Shown in pieces: positions 24,443 to 39,373 of a stretch of 64,000 bases of DNA. Made by a program: the position numbers and the translations under genes. Source of the DNA: Eledone cirrhosa (taxonomy: Eukaryota); the NCBI GenBank assembly GCA_964016885.1, contig OZ024743.1, forward strand, positions 187,426,001-187,490,000. Direction: 5' to 3'. Within the stretch, counting starts at the first letter, position 1. Each line of letters opens with the position of its first letter. The notes below the pieces were generated by a model that did no database searches, was not told the DNA's origin, and saw only the letters and a program-made list of their open reading frames with translations.

Positions 24443-25653
24443 TAGATAGAATCATTGTTACAAATAACTTTTATAGATGGGCACTTTTCTTATTGAAAAC
24501 TGTTGAAAAAAGAGAGGTCATTCTGTGAAAAGGAGGTGAGCAGTGTCATATGGCTTGATCTGGTGATACAAGACTGTAGATGCTATCTCTAGCTCAGCAT
24601 CTCAACATCACAGCCGCCATGTCTTATCATGATTATGATAATGACTATGGTAAAAATATTGATGATGATGAATAACTGACTTTTCTCAATGTTCTTATGA
24701 CACTTAACTTTACAAACTGCTAAAGAACAATGAAAATTTAATATATTGTGTATTTCTTGATTACTTGCTTTAATGGCTTATGTGTGCATATGTGTGTCTC
24801 TGTGTGTGGCTGTGTTTGTGTCTATGTGTACCTGAGTGGTTATGTGTTTGTTTGGTGTCAGGGTGGAGTGTCAGTGTAAGTGTGTAGTGTGTCTATATGT
24901 ACATGTGGCTCAGTATGTATGTGGTGTGTGAGCTATGTGTTTGTGTGGTATCAGGGTATAGTGTCTGTGTATGTATGGAGTGTGTCTGTATGTACATGTG
25001 TGTCATTATGCATGTGTTGTGTGTGTGTGTCTGTGGATGTGTGGAGTTGTCAGTATGTATGTCATGTGTGTGGTGTTTGAGTGTATGTATGGGATGTTTA
25101 GGTGTATGTGGTGTATATGCATGTCTGTATGTGTGTGTTTGCATGGAATTTTCATCATCATTATAATCCTTTTTGTATGTCTTTTTTTCATGCCTGCATG
25201 GGTTAGACGAGTCCTCTCCAGCTTCACCCCATTTGTCCTTTTGCTTTGTCATCACCTTTGTGAAGTTCAACATCCTAAGATCAGCTTTCAACATCTTTTC
25301 CTATGTCTGCCCATTTCTGCTTAACTTCATCAGATCTTCCTTTCACTTAGAAATCCTGGCACTTCTTCACTTAGGGATCATCATCTATATGATGATTGTT
25401 CAGTGCCAGGAGTTCCATATGTATATATCATCATCATCATCATCATTGTCATTGTTTAATGTCTGTTTCACTGCTAGCTAGAGTTGTGCATGTCATCACC
25501 GATCAAGTCAGTAATTAATTGGTACTACTGATCTGTTAAAATGGTTCAGAAGGGGATGGCATATCACTCCCAAATGTATGTAGTGTATTTCATCATGTCA
25601 CCAGCATAGAGGAAGTTGCCAAGTCTTTGACACAATGGAGAGTCCTTTCTCTC

Positions 25654-25748
<95 letters not shown>

Positions 25749-26780
25749 GTCTTTACTCTTTGTTGAGAAAACTGAAAACATACTGTTTTTCAACTAAATT
25801 TCTTTTTGATTGAGATATTTCTTCTACATTGAGTTACAGGCACTCGCTTGCCACTCTCCTTTATTAGAAATGCAATGCACCAGTAATTGGCCTGTTTTGA
25901 ATCTGATAATCAAAAATAACATTGTTCTTAATCTGTGATATAAAATAAATAAATCTCCTTTATTCTGATTCAGATTCTGATTTGCTAGATTATTGCAAAG
26001 ATAAGCAACAACCCAAATTAAGTACTTGTTTTATTTGGACATTTTGACAGCATCTATATTCTGTGTTGAAATTTTAATTAATATACATCATACCAGATGA
26101 CAGCAACAGCATATAATTCATTCAGCAATTTGTGAAGCTGTTACATTCAAGATACTTATCTTTCAACAGAGTATTATCTAGAAAAGAAAAAAATAAGTAC
26201 ATTTGAAACCTTTGTTTTAAAAGGACTTAAGTCACACAAAGGTCATTGTGCACATTTAGCAGTAGGACTTTCAATCTTGAATATAGCAAAAGTATTCAAA
26301 GACAAAACGAGAAAAAATGAAAAGATATATATTAAGAACAAATGATAAAAATACAAACTATTTTCTTGGCATTGTTATAGAATACGTTAAATTCTTTTTA
26401 TCTTTTCATACACATCATCCCATAAAATATGTAAGTACTTGTCTATCGTTTTATTTTGATTGAGTATAGCTTGCATTATTCATAATTTATAACTGTAAGT
26501 TTCACTTCTTATTGAAATATATTTGCTTCAGATATTATGCTTATAGTATAGCTTGCATTTCTATGTTTAAATCAATATTAAATATGAAATACAATGTTTC
26601 TAGAATCATATTAGTGAAGGAATTACAGCGATGTAAAATGGTAAGTTAATATGACCAAATCAGGCAGCTGGCTGGAACAAAATAAATGAAGAATATGATC
26701 GCTTTGCACTCAGTAAGGGATCATATTTTAATTGAAAACTATGATTTATAAATTAGCAGATGATGACTGTGATGGTGATA

Positions 26781-26815
<35 letters not shown>

Positions 26816-27209
26816 AGTGATAGTGTGGTGGCAGTGGGGGGTCGGGTTGTGGTAGTGGTGGTGGATCGAACCTAGTGTAATTTTAGACTGAGAAATAAAC
26901 TAGTGATTGCTTCTGATAGAGTATGTACATGAGTAATAAACTATCAGAGTGACAGGCAACGAATGCTAGAAAGAGACAATGCACACATGTGTGGCTACGT
27001 CTATGTGTGTGTGAGGGAGAGAGAAGAGATTGTGGTGATGAGAAGGGAGTATGTAGAGAAATAGAAAATAATGAACATTGTACAAATGGAAAGGACAGAC
27101 ATGATAGGAATGAGAAAGAGAAAGCAATTGCAAAATAAGAAAGGAGTGACAACAATAGTGATTGATATAAAACAATAGAGAGAGAGGGGGGATATATATA
27201 TATATATAT

Positions 27210-27410
27210 AACAAAGGAATTGTGGTAAGGAACCAGATGGACCATAACGCACCACAGTACTCAATACTTAGAGTAGTAGAGTGGGAAATAGGAAAAAGTA
27301 TGACCCCAACGGCAGACCTCAAGCCAGTTCGACGGCTATTTCTGGACTGAAATAGAATCCAGAAATAGCCGTCGAAACGGCTTGAGCTCTGCCGTCGGGG
27401 TCATACTTTT

Positions 27411-27415
<5 letters not shown>
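27210..27415. repeat. Element E with ~60-bp-arm hairpin, in (TA)n
   Basis: GGAAAAAGTATGACCCC..GACGGCTATTTCTGGA / TCCAGAAATAGCCGTC..GGGGTCATACTTTTCCC. Confidence 0.8.
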
Positions 27416-27466
<51 letters not shown>

Positions 27467-27473
27467 TATATAT

Positions 27474-27508
<35 letters not shown>

Positions 27509-29027
27509 ATGAAAGAAAGAGATAAAAAGGAGATAGTTATATAGATATAGAATGATAGAAAGTGAAAACAAGAGAGGAAAATACTAAGACAAGAAGAAAA
27601 AAAAATGGACACCAGCAATTAAAAGAGAAATGTATATCTCAATGATATGTTTAACCCATGATAATGTATATTGGTTTATATCACACAACCACAGTCATAT
27701 CATAGAAATTATTATATCTGTTTATGGTAATAAACTGGAGTGTAAAAATTCATAGATTCAAACTCTGTCAAAGGTACAGTGTTCTATGCATGATCTTGAA
27801 TACTGGTGGTGGTGGTTGGTCCATATACGGAGACAATCAAACTTGATTTTTAATCCCAAGTCACTTGAAACCATCCCTGGTTCTATAACACAAAACTGTA
27901 TATTTATCTAAAGCCTTCCAGTATAATTTTATGTAAGAACCTCTGTTAAATTAGGTTCAAAATGCCAGCTTAAGTTATGTTTTGTTCACAGGGTAAGGGT
28001 GGTGTGGACAGTAGTTGGTGGATGGAGGCATAGTGGTTAAGTGGTGCCTACTAGGTGTATGTTTGAGTCTGTACGCATAGGAAGGCATGTCTTCTGTATT
28101 ACTGTGTAACACCAAATATCTCGATCCTGTGTCATTGTCTTTGAGAGCTTCAGTTATGCAAGGTCAGCTTTTATCACTTCGTCCCAGGTCTTCCTGGGTC
28201 TACCTACTGCAAGGCTTCTATCAATTTTGATCTCCCTATATACATATTTATTTATTTATACATACATATACATATGTATCTATATATTTGTGTTAGTGTT
28301 CATATTTATGTTTGTGTCTGTGTTTGTCTTCTGACTTAGTAGTTTGGCAAAACAGCAATTGATAAAATTAATACCAGCTTTGAAAATATAAGTCTTGGGG
28401 TTGGTATGGTCAATTAACTGAAGGTGGTGACCCAGCTTGGTTTCAGTCTACTTGCTGAAACAAGTGAAACAATAAATCAGTTCAAAGACTACCAGTAAAG
28501 TAGTATGTAGTTATGGCAACATTTGATATCAGCTACTAAGAGTTCTTAATCTTAACTGTCATGATTTGGTAGGCATCTTGATTAATGTCCTGATAAAGAT
28601 TCACAGACTAGCCTATGTCCTGAACATACATAATCGCTTTTGCACTGTTTTAGACTTTGAAAAGTCAATTGAACTGCATACACATATTTACCAATTGATA
28701 GAACACTACTTTTGTTGTAGGTATTCACTTTAGGAGGCCATTATTAGTTGGAATGGGCTTTAACAAAAAATTGCCAGAACATTGTAAAATGTTGTCGATT
28801 TAATTTTGTTTTACTTTGTTAAAATTTTCTATCAACAAAAATATGTAAATAAAATGTATATATAATTTTTTTTCAGTTGTTTAATCATAGAGAAATCTAA
28901 CATGGCACCACAGTCAGGATTTTACATATCTCTATACCCATTTTACATCTCCCCATGTATTGAGTACACACACCATTTGTAGTCTCCTCAGTCTCAGCAC
29001 CGCTAACTCTCTCTCTCTTTCTCTCTC

Positions 29028-29059
<32 letters not shown>

Positions 29060-29062
<3 letters not shown>

Positions 29063-30070
29063 ATATATATAAAATTAAGTATGTGTGTGTGTCTGTATGT
29101 CTGTGTATTACCTATAGGGCAATCTTACGACCGATTTTCATGAAACTTTACAGGCTCATAGATTTGTCAGCGGGGGGTGTTTTCTATATATTAGCGTATC
29201 GTTTTTTTTAATCCGGGGTCATTCTGCAGATAAAAATCGATAGGGGGGGTCACCTTTTTTTAGGTATCGGAAAATAAGATTTTTGGCTCTAGCTCCTGCA
29301 TTTTGCCACGGATTTCGTTCAAAATTTAAAGCAAAATAGAATTTATCATTGCACATTCCGTAATTGCTTTATATTTTGTATTTGTCGTTCAGGGACGGCT
29401 TGGCAGCCGCTTAAATATTCTAAAGTACCACTTTTAGACTTAAATTTCCACTTTTTCGGCTCTAGCTCCCATATTAATCAACCTACTTTGTTCAAATTTC
29501 ACACTCACCTAGATCTGATTATTTCCCGTCTTAAAGTAGCTTTACATTTTGGATTTTTTGTTGAGGAACGGCGTGGCAACCGCTTAAATATTCGAAAATA
29601 CCACCTTTTCACTCAAATTTCCGCCTTTTCGGCTCTAGCTCCCACGTTTTTCAACCGATTTCGTTCAAACTCAAAACTTCGGCTCCACCTCACACATAAA
29701 TCAATTTATTTGGTTCAACTTTTATACTACGATAGAACCTATCATTGCACATCTTATAGATGGTCAAAGGCAAAATGATGGCCATTGATGTCTGAGCTTT
29801 TAGTTGTGTATTTGAGAATTCATCTGTTTCCAATCAAGTAGCATGAGGAAATTTGGCTTAGTGATAGAGGTCATTACCTCCCCCCCCCCCCAGCATGCCC
29901 CTTCGTCAGTCACCTCCGTTTCTCAGTGATAGAGGTCATCGCCACCCTCCCCTGCATGGCCTGTGTGTGGCCATAGATGAGTCATCGAGAAGCAGTCACT
30001 AAGATCAACACCTTTTCATCAAAGCAGATATTATTTTACCTACCCAGGCAACGCTGGGTAGTGCTGCTAG
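29060..30070 (+). mobile_element. Non-autonomous Helitron
   Basis: 5' (TA)n-AAAA followed by GT/GTCT microsatellite; 3' hairpin ACCCAGGCAACGCTGGGT, then CTAG|T; ~173-bp internal subrepeats at 29285, 29458 and 29631. Confidence 0.8.
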
Positions 30071-32480
30071 TATATATATATATTGTATAATTATCGTTAT
30101 TTAACCATGAGAGTAAAGGTGCCCTATGAATCATTGTAGACCTACCTGGAACAATGATGTTAATGTGGTTGATGGTCAATTTGAACTTCTGATCAAGCAG
30201 ACCTATATATCAATGTGTTCCAGCCATGAAAAATCTTTTTTTGTCAGTCAGCATATGACTACATTATCTCATATTAGTTGCCATATAAAATGGTAGTGCA
30301 AGATTTGGCAACTAATTTTAGTAGGTTGATTTGTAATGTAAATTCACCCTTGACTGCTATAGTTCCCAAGCTAAGTACTAACAACTCCCATGGTGATATT
30401 AATAATATTGAAATTGAGGTTTGGTATTGGTGGTGGCAATAGAGTTAATGTTGAATGGTACCTGCAGAGTTGATGGCAACATTTATTGGGAGAAGAAAAC
30501 TGTATGAATGTGGACACCTGCAAGACTGCATATAGATCAACAAAATGTGCATTCATACAAATATGCACTACATTAGAGAGATTGCAATCAGAGTAAAATA
30601 AACATCATTTTAGAAAATCAAGGCCTTATATTTTAATGGCTCTACATGATATCCATGAGTAATATAGAAAATATGAAATAAATGGTAAGAATGTTGATAG
30701 CATTTTCTGAGAACATACAATGGAATTAAACAGAAGCACTCACACACATCATCATCATTGTTTTTACAACCATTTTCCATGCTTATATGGGTTGGATGGG
30801 TCCTTTTCAGCACATGATCTCTCCACTTGCCACATTCCTTCATCACCTCTTCTCTGAGTCTCAGCTTTCACCACCTCTGACCAGGTTTTCCTTGGCCTAC
30901 CTCTACTATGGCTTTTTCTCACTGGGATTTCCTGGCACTTCTTCACTCAGAAATCATCATCCATGCATATCACATGCCTGTACCAACACAGTTTTCTCTA
31001 CTCACACACATACACATACCATATTATCATCATCATCACCTCTTTATGTCTATTTTCCATGCTTGCATGGGTCAGCCAGACGTTCATGCACTGATCATTT
31101 TGGCACAGTTTCTAAAACTGAATGACCTTTCTAATGTCAACCACTTTACACTATGTATCATGTATGTATGAAACCACTAAATAGAATCTTCAATGATTCT
31201 AATTATGTGTTTTATAATTCTTCAATAAATTGAACAATCTGTTCATTGAATTATAGTGTGAGTGGCTGCTTATTCCACATACACTTGACCCTTAACATAA
31301 TTCTCAAGCAAAATCAACATGACATAGTGTGTAAAAAGACTGGTCCTTTGAATTACTGGTTGAGACCATCCCACTTTCTTCTATACAGATTCTGCTTCAC
31401 AATGTAAAAACATTTGCTCAAACACTACACAGTGGGTTTTAACCCGGGACTTTATGATCCTAAATTAAATTTATTAACCCCTTGGTCATTCTTGTGTATA
31501 CACACGAACACACACAGACACACATATGCACACAGACACTCCCCCCCCACACACACACACAAATTAAAGCTTAGAACTATGTGTTGTCTTAGAGTTGGCA
31601 ATGAAGAAGTTATGGTTAGATGTTTAACTTTATATGATATTGAAATTGAAGTATGAACAAAATCAAGATTGACAAGATGTTTCACGCAGAATTTGTTTTC
31701 AAATTATGTGTTCACTGAGGCTGTGCTTTAGAATTCTTCATGATGTTTGGAAGTTTTGCATTAGAATTTCAGACATAATATTTCTTAAAATCTTTTACAT
31801 TGTTATATCATGAATTCTGATTGATAACTAATATAATTTACAGATATTATATGAAAATATAGAATTTGTTAAGTGAATATATACACATCATCACCAAATT
31901 GATGGGAGAAATACAGAATTTTGATTATATACACAGATTCTGTGATGAAATTGTTGATGTGAGATGATGACAAATTACAAGAAATTAGGAAACCATTTGA
32001 AGATTCACATCACTAAGCATTGCTGGGATACAGAGTCAAGTTCGCAGTATGTAGCCAAATTTAGGACTAGAAAGGTTTAAGAAGCAGAAGGGGAAAGTTA
32101 ATAAGCTCTGATTGTTGCTTACAGTAAATTCTTTTCAAGTGGAATTAATATAGAAATACAGATATATAAATGCTTGCAGATTAATGACAAATGCAATATG
32201 ATTCAGTTTTATGAGGTCTCAGTTACTGGTTTTAGTGAATACCAAGTGTTGCAGCGGGTCATATCTATAGACAGTATCACACCAGTTGTGCTCAAATGGC
32301 TCAAGTGACCTGGATGCAGTGGCATGAAAAGAGGTGGGGCAGAGGGTGTGATGGCCCAAGGCATCCATATTGTAGTGGAGGCATCCAAACAAAAGGTCAC
32401 ATATATATACTCAAATACACATACAACCCCCCACCATATATATATATATATATGTGTGTGTGTAAATATGAGTTATATCG

Positions 32481-32667
32481 AATAATTGTTTCTACTTTAG
32501 GCACAAGGCCAGCAATTACCCAGTGCATTACTGGTACTTTATTTTATCGACCCCGTAAGGATGAAAGGCAAAGTCAACCTCGGCGGGATTTGAACTCAGA
32601 TCGTAAAGGGACGTAACTATGCTGGAAAGCATGGCGTCCGACCCTCTACCGATACTGCCAATCGACC
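32481..32667 (-). mobile_element. SINE S1 with 14-bp TSD
   Basis: TSD TTATATCGAATAAT on both sides. Confidence 0.92.
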
Positions 32668-32670
32668 GAA

Positions 32671-32903
32671 TTATATCGAATAATAATAATAATATTCGAT
32701 ACATTTGCAAGCAAATGGCCTCACTTCTGCTATGCTTTGCTTTTGATAACTATCGTCATCCATTTGTTCAACAGTAGCATCGGTTGTTCCTTGATGATAC
32801 TGTTGAACAAACAGATGACAATAGTCATCAAAAGCAAAGTATAGCATAAATGAGGCCGTTTGCTTGCATACGTATCGGATATTATTATTATTATTCAATA
32901 TAA
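32671..32903. repeat. Imperfect ~110-bp-arm hairpin (MITE-like), interrupted at its left end by the SINE
   Basis: GATACATTTGCAAGCAAATGGCCTCA...TGAGGCCGTTTGCTTGCATACGTATC. Confidence 0.8.
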
Positions 32904-33859
32904 CCCATATTTACATTTATGTATCTGCTATATTAGAGTGAAAATTCAAATTGTAATTTTGTTTATGTATATATATATAACATATAAATATATATATATA
33001 TATAAACATATAAATATAAATATATATATAAACACACACATACACACACACACATATATATATATATATTCATATATACATATATACATAATGCGTTGGT
33101 GTATCTCTCAGGCAACATACTTGTATGTATAGTGGGTTGTATAGTTTTGTATTTTTTTAGTGTAGTGTGAGCGGTTCAGAGAATGATAAGAAGAGTAAGC
33201 TATGGAGCGCTGAGAAGGGAGAAGGTAGAATATAATAGAATACAATGAACGAGATAAAACTTGTTTGAAAATGGTATATGTTTTGTGATATATTGTTCAT
33301 TTAGGTGAAGGTAGAGGTATAGAAAGATGTGTGTTTGAGTTAATGTTAGAATTAAAATTAGGGTTAGGGTTAGATTTAGAATGAGGATTTGGATTATCAT
33401 AGTTACTATGAACAGTCACAGTGCTACAGTCTATGTACCTTGTTGTTGCCTTAGTATGGGCCACTTAATAGAGCACTTTTGGATTATAATGCTTTATCAG
33501 GCTAGATTATCTCTAACATGGCAAATCCATTACCTGTCGGAGTATGTGTATAAGTGTTTCCATGTGCTCAGGTTCCTCAAACAGTTTAGGGCAGTCACCT
33601 GCTTCCTAATAAAATGTGCCTTCACTCTTTGTAAGTCCACCATATCTCTTTGCCCAGGAAGTATTTTTTTTTACTATATTCTATCTTCTCTCTCTCAACT
33701 CCCTAGAACTTACTCTTCTTACCTTTCCCTAAACCACATGCACAACACAAAATAAAACTACACTATCCACTACACACACACACACACACATGAGCATGCG
33801 TACACACACACGCACACACACATTTCTTCTCTAATTCTACCACAGATCCAGCTATGAGG

Positions 33860-34670
33860 GTCAGACCAACTGCATAGAGGAATTCCTATGGGCAGCTAGT
33901 CTTAAACTTTTCTGTTAGAACCTGTAGGGTAAACAGGAGATGGCTAAAGACAGAGCCCTGATGGACATCAACGGCATGCTAAATTTTTCACTATAGTCAT
34001 TGTTAATTCTAACCTTACTGACTGTTTCTCTATACATGCCACTATAGTTTGCTCTGTCTAGAGCATCTCCTTTGCCCTTGTAGCAGTTGACAATGGTACT
34101 GCTACACCAATCATTGGGTATGACACCATTTTGTATTACTTCGTTTACAATACAGGTGGCCATGGAGTGACCCACTAATTCCAGATGCTTTCAGTATCTC
34201 GGCAGCTCTCCTCAAAGGTCCAGCTGCTTTGTCTGTCTTCACAACCTTGATTGCCTTACTTACTATACTACTGCTAATTTACACAGCCAGTCTCTCTCTT
34301 CGGTTAACTTAGAGCAAACTATCTATATCCCATTCATTCTCTCCATTTAGTAGTGGCACTTCCATGTTACCTTTTTTCCAGCATCAGTGAGGGTGAGTAC
34401 ACCCTTATAATCACAGAGAAACTTCTCCCGAACAACTTCACAATTTCCCCTGAACAACTCACACCTTGCATTGGCCCTTGCATTGGCCCTTGCATTGCAG
34501 AACATATTTAAATTTTTTTATCATCTGCTTCCCTTCTTGAAAAGTACACTTGTTGTCTAGCTTCTCTCATAGCCTCTTGGTAGTGTTCTCCACTCCCCCT
34601 ATCCAGCCATTCTTTCCATGCCTGTCTTTTGGCCTTAATTGTCTCCCCCACCCAACTGTTCCATCACAAA
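33860..34670 (-). mobile_element. Older RTE fragment, same family as 5417-8880
   Basis: VIQNGVIPNDWCSSTIVNCYKGKGDALDRANY...VSKVRINNDYSEKFS, with deletions. Confidence 0.85.
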
Positions 34671-35369
34671 TCATACTCTTTCTCCCTACTGGGTTTTAGT
34701 TGGTCTAAATTGCTATGGTGATGTGTGGGGATGGGTGGGAAGGGAAATGGTGGGATGAGGCTGAATTGGAGATATAAAAGTGGAGAGAAAATATTTTGGA
34801 AGACCGAGGAAAAGGATCAAAAGATGAGATAAAATACCTTAAATCAAAACAAAGTCATAAGACATGAAAAAGTAAAGTAGATTAATGATTGAACAGGTAG
34901 TTGGGAGAAAGACAGGTGATTTTACTTTACTTCCAGCTTTTTAAAACAGCAGTGATAGAATCAGATGAATCTAGAAAATAAGGCTTTTACTTTAACTTCC
35001 ATGTGTTTATATAAACATATATGGAGTGAGAGGGGGTGTGTGAAGGTTCCATACATGCACATACACACACACATATATATAAACAGATTATTGGTGCATA
35101 ATGTTTAGTTACCATTGTGTCACCAGCTTCAGCACTCAATTCCAATTTGGTTCCAGTTGTTGGTGTGGTATTCTATGTTTGGTATTACACTATTATCTAC
35201 ATACATTCAGGAATCTACAACTCTGATGAGTTGTCGATGTCAGAATTGGGCAAGATCAATACTAATTGTACCTTGAGCTAATCAGTTATGAAATGCATAT
35301 CACACATGAATAAACATAATGATGCTATATTGAAACTTCGTTCCTGCTCCTTATTAATATTGTATAAGA

Positions 35370-36015
35370 CCGAGGGTGTCTTAGCATCACTCAGCAAGAC
35401 CTTTGTCAGCCGCTCTCCAGCTACCTATTTAAAGCTATGGTGCGGCCACACTTAGAATTTGCATCACCAGTCTGGAACTCCTATCTTGCTCAAAATATTG
35501 ACCGCCTGGAAACTGTTCATCAACGTGCAACCAAGCGAATATCCTCCATCAGGCATCTACCATACTCAGAATGCCTTGCTTCCCTGGACATGGATATATT
35601 GAAGCTCTCATGTCTGGCAACTGACTTGGTAAACACCCACAAAATTAGTAACCATCTTGCCAACAACAATCCTGAGCATCTTTTTGATTTCCATGTCTCT
35701 AACACATGTGGCCTACAAAGTCAGAAAACAGCACAGCTCCCATGACTTTTGGACACATTTTTTCACGCTCAGAGTTGCTGAAGCATGGAACAAACTACCT
35801 GCATCAGTTGTTAGCTGTCAAGACACTGCATCCTTTAAAACCTCCATACTTCCTGAGATTCGCCAACACTACACCTGATGTCCCTCCTCCATACACACAT
35901 GTATATCATGATTCATACACTGTTCATTTTCCTGACATTTGTCAATTACTCTATGTTCTATACATGCACCTTTGATGAGTTGTAGTGCACCTGAGCACTG
36001 TACACAATAATTTCA
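35370..36015 (+). mobile_element. CR1-like LINE 3' fragment
   Basis: VRPHLEFASPVWNSYLAQNIDRLETVHQRATKRI; FFTLRVAEAWNKLPASVV. Confidence 0.85.
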
Positions 36016-36017
36016 TT

Positions 36018-37951
36018 TGAAAGCTTTCGATAGGGTCGACCATTATTATCTGGCGGCAGTCCTGAGGGCGGATGGCTTTGGACCCATCTTCTGAGGCTGG
36101 ATCACTGCCATGCACAGCGACATCTGCTCTGTGGTGAGAGTGAACGGTCACCTTTCGGAACCGTTCAGCATCATGCGCTCGGTCCGCCAAGGATGTCCCC
36201 TCTCATCCCTTTTGTACGTATTGACTCTCGAGCCATTACTGCACAAACTGGAGACGTTGAGGGGGTTCCCGCGTGAACTAGGATGCAGAAGATCCATGTC
36301 AGCATATGCGGATGATGTCACCGTAGTGGTTTCGAATGCCAAACACATCGAAGCGATCGGCACTACACAAAGAGAATACAAAGCGGTGACAGGAGCAATG
36401 ATCAACCAGGAAAAGTTGGTGGGCCTGCAGCTCTGCACATGGGGAGGCAGGTCCATGCCGTCCAACAGCTCGTTGGGCACTGGACAGATGGACCGGTTAA
36501 ATTGCTAGGGGTCTGGTTCAGTCCGGAACTCCAGACGGACAAAAACTGGGACAAGGTGACGAGCAGGGTGGCTTCTCTCACACAGAAATGGGCAGAGAGG
36601 AAGCTATCCCTTAAAGGTTGAGCGGAGGTGGCGGATGCATACATCGCGTCCGTCATCTACTCCCGCCTGACTGTCGTGCCTTGTCCTAAGCCTTGCCTGA
36701 CTGTGCTGGAGCGTTTGCTCTTTCTCTTTTTGTGGAAGGGACGCACTCCGATGGTCAGGTGGTCCATCTGCTGTCAACACCCGCTACGTAGAGGGCTGGG
36801 CATACCATGGCTGATGATGCACAGACATGTGCTCAGGCTACGACATCTCCACCCCTTCCTCGGCTGTGATCAGGTGTGGTTGCCGTTTGCTAGATGAGTC
36901 TTTCCCCAGCTCATCTCCTTGACGGAGCTGCAGTCCTGGGTCAAGCAAAGACTGAGAGGGAGCGCTTGGAGACTGGAATGTCGTCAGGTGCTCACAGCCC
37001 TCGACCAGTCGAACAATGTAATCGGTGGGAACTCCACCTTGGTATTATATAGAGGATTAGTGGAGGGGAACTGCGACGTCGTACTTGGGGTAACTCTAGG
37101 CGTCAACGAAAATCAACTAGCCAATCTCTTCAGAAGAACTTTTGGGCCAGGGCCTATGGACAATTTCCAGAAATCCCTGGCCTGGCAGTGCTACCGAGGA
37201 GCTTTGCCAGTTCGGGATAAACTCTACAGGCATGGAAGTGCCGTCAGCCGGGCCTGTCCGAGATGCGCGCAGGGCGACAAAACCGTCCTGCACGCACTCG
37301 TCCAGTGTCCGAACATTTCTGACTTGTGGATTTATGTCAAACACCTGCTGTCACGTGTAGAACGGATCCGGCTATCAGCTGAGTCCTTCGTGAGGATTGC
37401 CCCGCCCTCTTCCTTTAGCCGGGAAGGGCAGGCAGTTTTTATCTGTCTGGTGGTCATGGCAAAAGAGATAGTATGGTGGACGCGTCTGAAAGGGCTGAAG
37501 ATGAGCACTTACCTGTTTGGTGATGACCTGATTAACTTTTTCAAATTTCATTTGTAAAGGAAAATCAGTTAGAGAGGGAAGTGCTCTCTTCCCTGCATTT
37601 TGTTGAAAGATGGGTGAGAGAGGCAAGAATGGCCCGAGTGAATGGGCCTACTCTGAGTATGGGTCTGTAAATTGAAGGTGGAAAACTGGGAGAGGGCACT
37701 TGCCCTGGTGGTCAGGGTCACCGTGGCTTTTTTTTAATGGGCTTTCTCCACGATGGCCCTTGGAAGTCTCCCCCCTATTGGGGAATTTTTCATTGTTCCT
37801 TTTTTGTTACATCCTCTGTTTTTGTTTTTTACACACAGAAATGCCCATTTGTACCATCCTGTATTGTCTTGTATTGTCTTGTACTGTCCTTAATGTCTAC
37901 TTTGTGTAAACCCTTGTGGTTAATAAAGAAAGCATTATTATTATTATTATT
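36018..37951 (+). mobile_element. Tx1/L1-like LINE, 5'-truncated and frameshifted
   Basis: KAFDRVDH, VRQGCPLS and AYADDV (RT); CCHC zinc knuckle CPRC..TVLHALVQC; AATAAA + (ATT)n tail. Confidence 0.9.
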
Positions 37952-38285
37952 ATATATCAAAATTGGCAACAAATACAAGAACGATTTGGTTATCAGTTGT
38001 TGAAATAGAAGTACACATTTTTATCACCTACTAAAAGTACTGTTGTTCCATTCAGTGGGCGGATGGAGGGGGCGGGGGGGGGCTCCAGTGTCTAGCAAGA
38101 TAGTTTTTTAGTGTTTTTGAGTATTTTGCTAGATGAAAACAAAACATGACATACATGAAATTTCACAACAAGCATACAATCTTTATATAATTAAATGTTT
38201 GATATTTATATCAAATGCCATGTGATGAAGACGGTCAGTTAGACTCATGGAAAGAAAAACAAATACAGTGTGATGTGTAGCTTCA

Positions 38286-38324
<39 letters not shown>

Positions 38325-38931
38325 ATATTATTTACATATTCAATTCCATGCTGGCAGATGAATTATCTGAGACACGGTTTCATGACTAGATGCTCTTCAC
38401 CTCACCAGATCACCTCACCAAACCTTCTAGGTGCCTTTAAACATGCAATGGCTTCACACACACACTCACACACATATATATATCTTTAACCCTGTCTCTA
38501 ATGAAACTAACAAAGATTGGTTATAATTGACCTCGATGGAAAATAAAGGGTGGTTACTCTTAGTTGCTGAGGTAAGGCAAATGCAGATTAAATGTAATCA
38601 AATTCATGATGTGAATTATTGTCACAATTTGCTAATTTGAAATTACATTGGCAAAGCACAGGAGAGAACCAAATGTTTGGTTTTCCTATAAATAGATTAT
38701 TGTAATGTTATCATAGTGTCTTTGATAAAACCAGTAAGTTACAGGATATAATTTTTTGCTGAATCAAGTAAGGAATTGAGTCAATAAACTTAACTCATTA
38801 GTAGTAGCTTGACGTAGACAAAAATCCACTATCGAAAAACAGCATCAGTCTGTACACACACACATAAAACACACACACACACACGTGCACGCACACACAC
38901 ACACACACACATGTTCATGTATATACAGATA

Positions 38932-39019
38932 CAGGGTGTCTCCCAAAATGTATACACATTCTAATAAATATTGCCTGTACAGGTAATCAATGTGTGTATA
39001 CATTTTTTGGGACACCATG
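38932..39019. mobile_element. Tiny Tc1/mariner MITE (~88 bp)
   Basis: TA|CAGGGTGTCTCCCAAAATGTATACACA ... TGTGTATACATTTTTTGGGACACCATG|TA. Confidence 0.75.
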
Positions 39020-39034
39020 TATATATATATATAC

Positions 39035-39337
39035 TTTAAATTTGGTGGTTTGCCACTGGGTAGAATTAGTCATTCTGCTATGTTAACCATAACGTAATAT
39101 GAGGAAAGCACTCAATGTTATGCAACTTATCCATCTTCAATGTTGAATGATATTGGTGGTACAGGAATGGAGTAAATGTATTATAGAGTGAAATGACAGG
39201 AGGCCAAATATGTTGCATTTCCTTAATATTTTATTGCACCCGATGAGGTCACTGGGCTCTGAACCTGGCCACTGAAATGTGCAGTAATAAAATAATAAGG
39301 AAATTCAACATATTTGGCCTCCTATCATTTCACTTTA

Positions 39338-39340
<3 letters not shown>
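39035..39340 (-). mobile_element. Fold-back element related to 60530-61020, with a degenerate hammerhead
   Basis: Hairpin 39183-39339 encloses CCGATGAG...GAAAT; the 39035-39175 tail is homologous (inverted) to 60878-61020. Confidence 0.65.

Positions 39341-39373
<33 letters not shown>

Noticed and set aside
35223-35315. CTGATGAG...GAAAT-GCAT-ATC...AATAAA hammerhead-like string
   Set aside because: Stems I and II do not pair convincingly; at most a decayed relic
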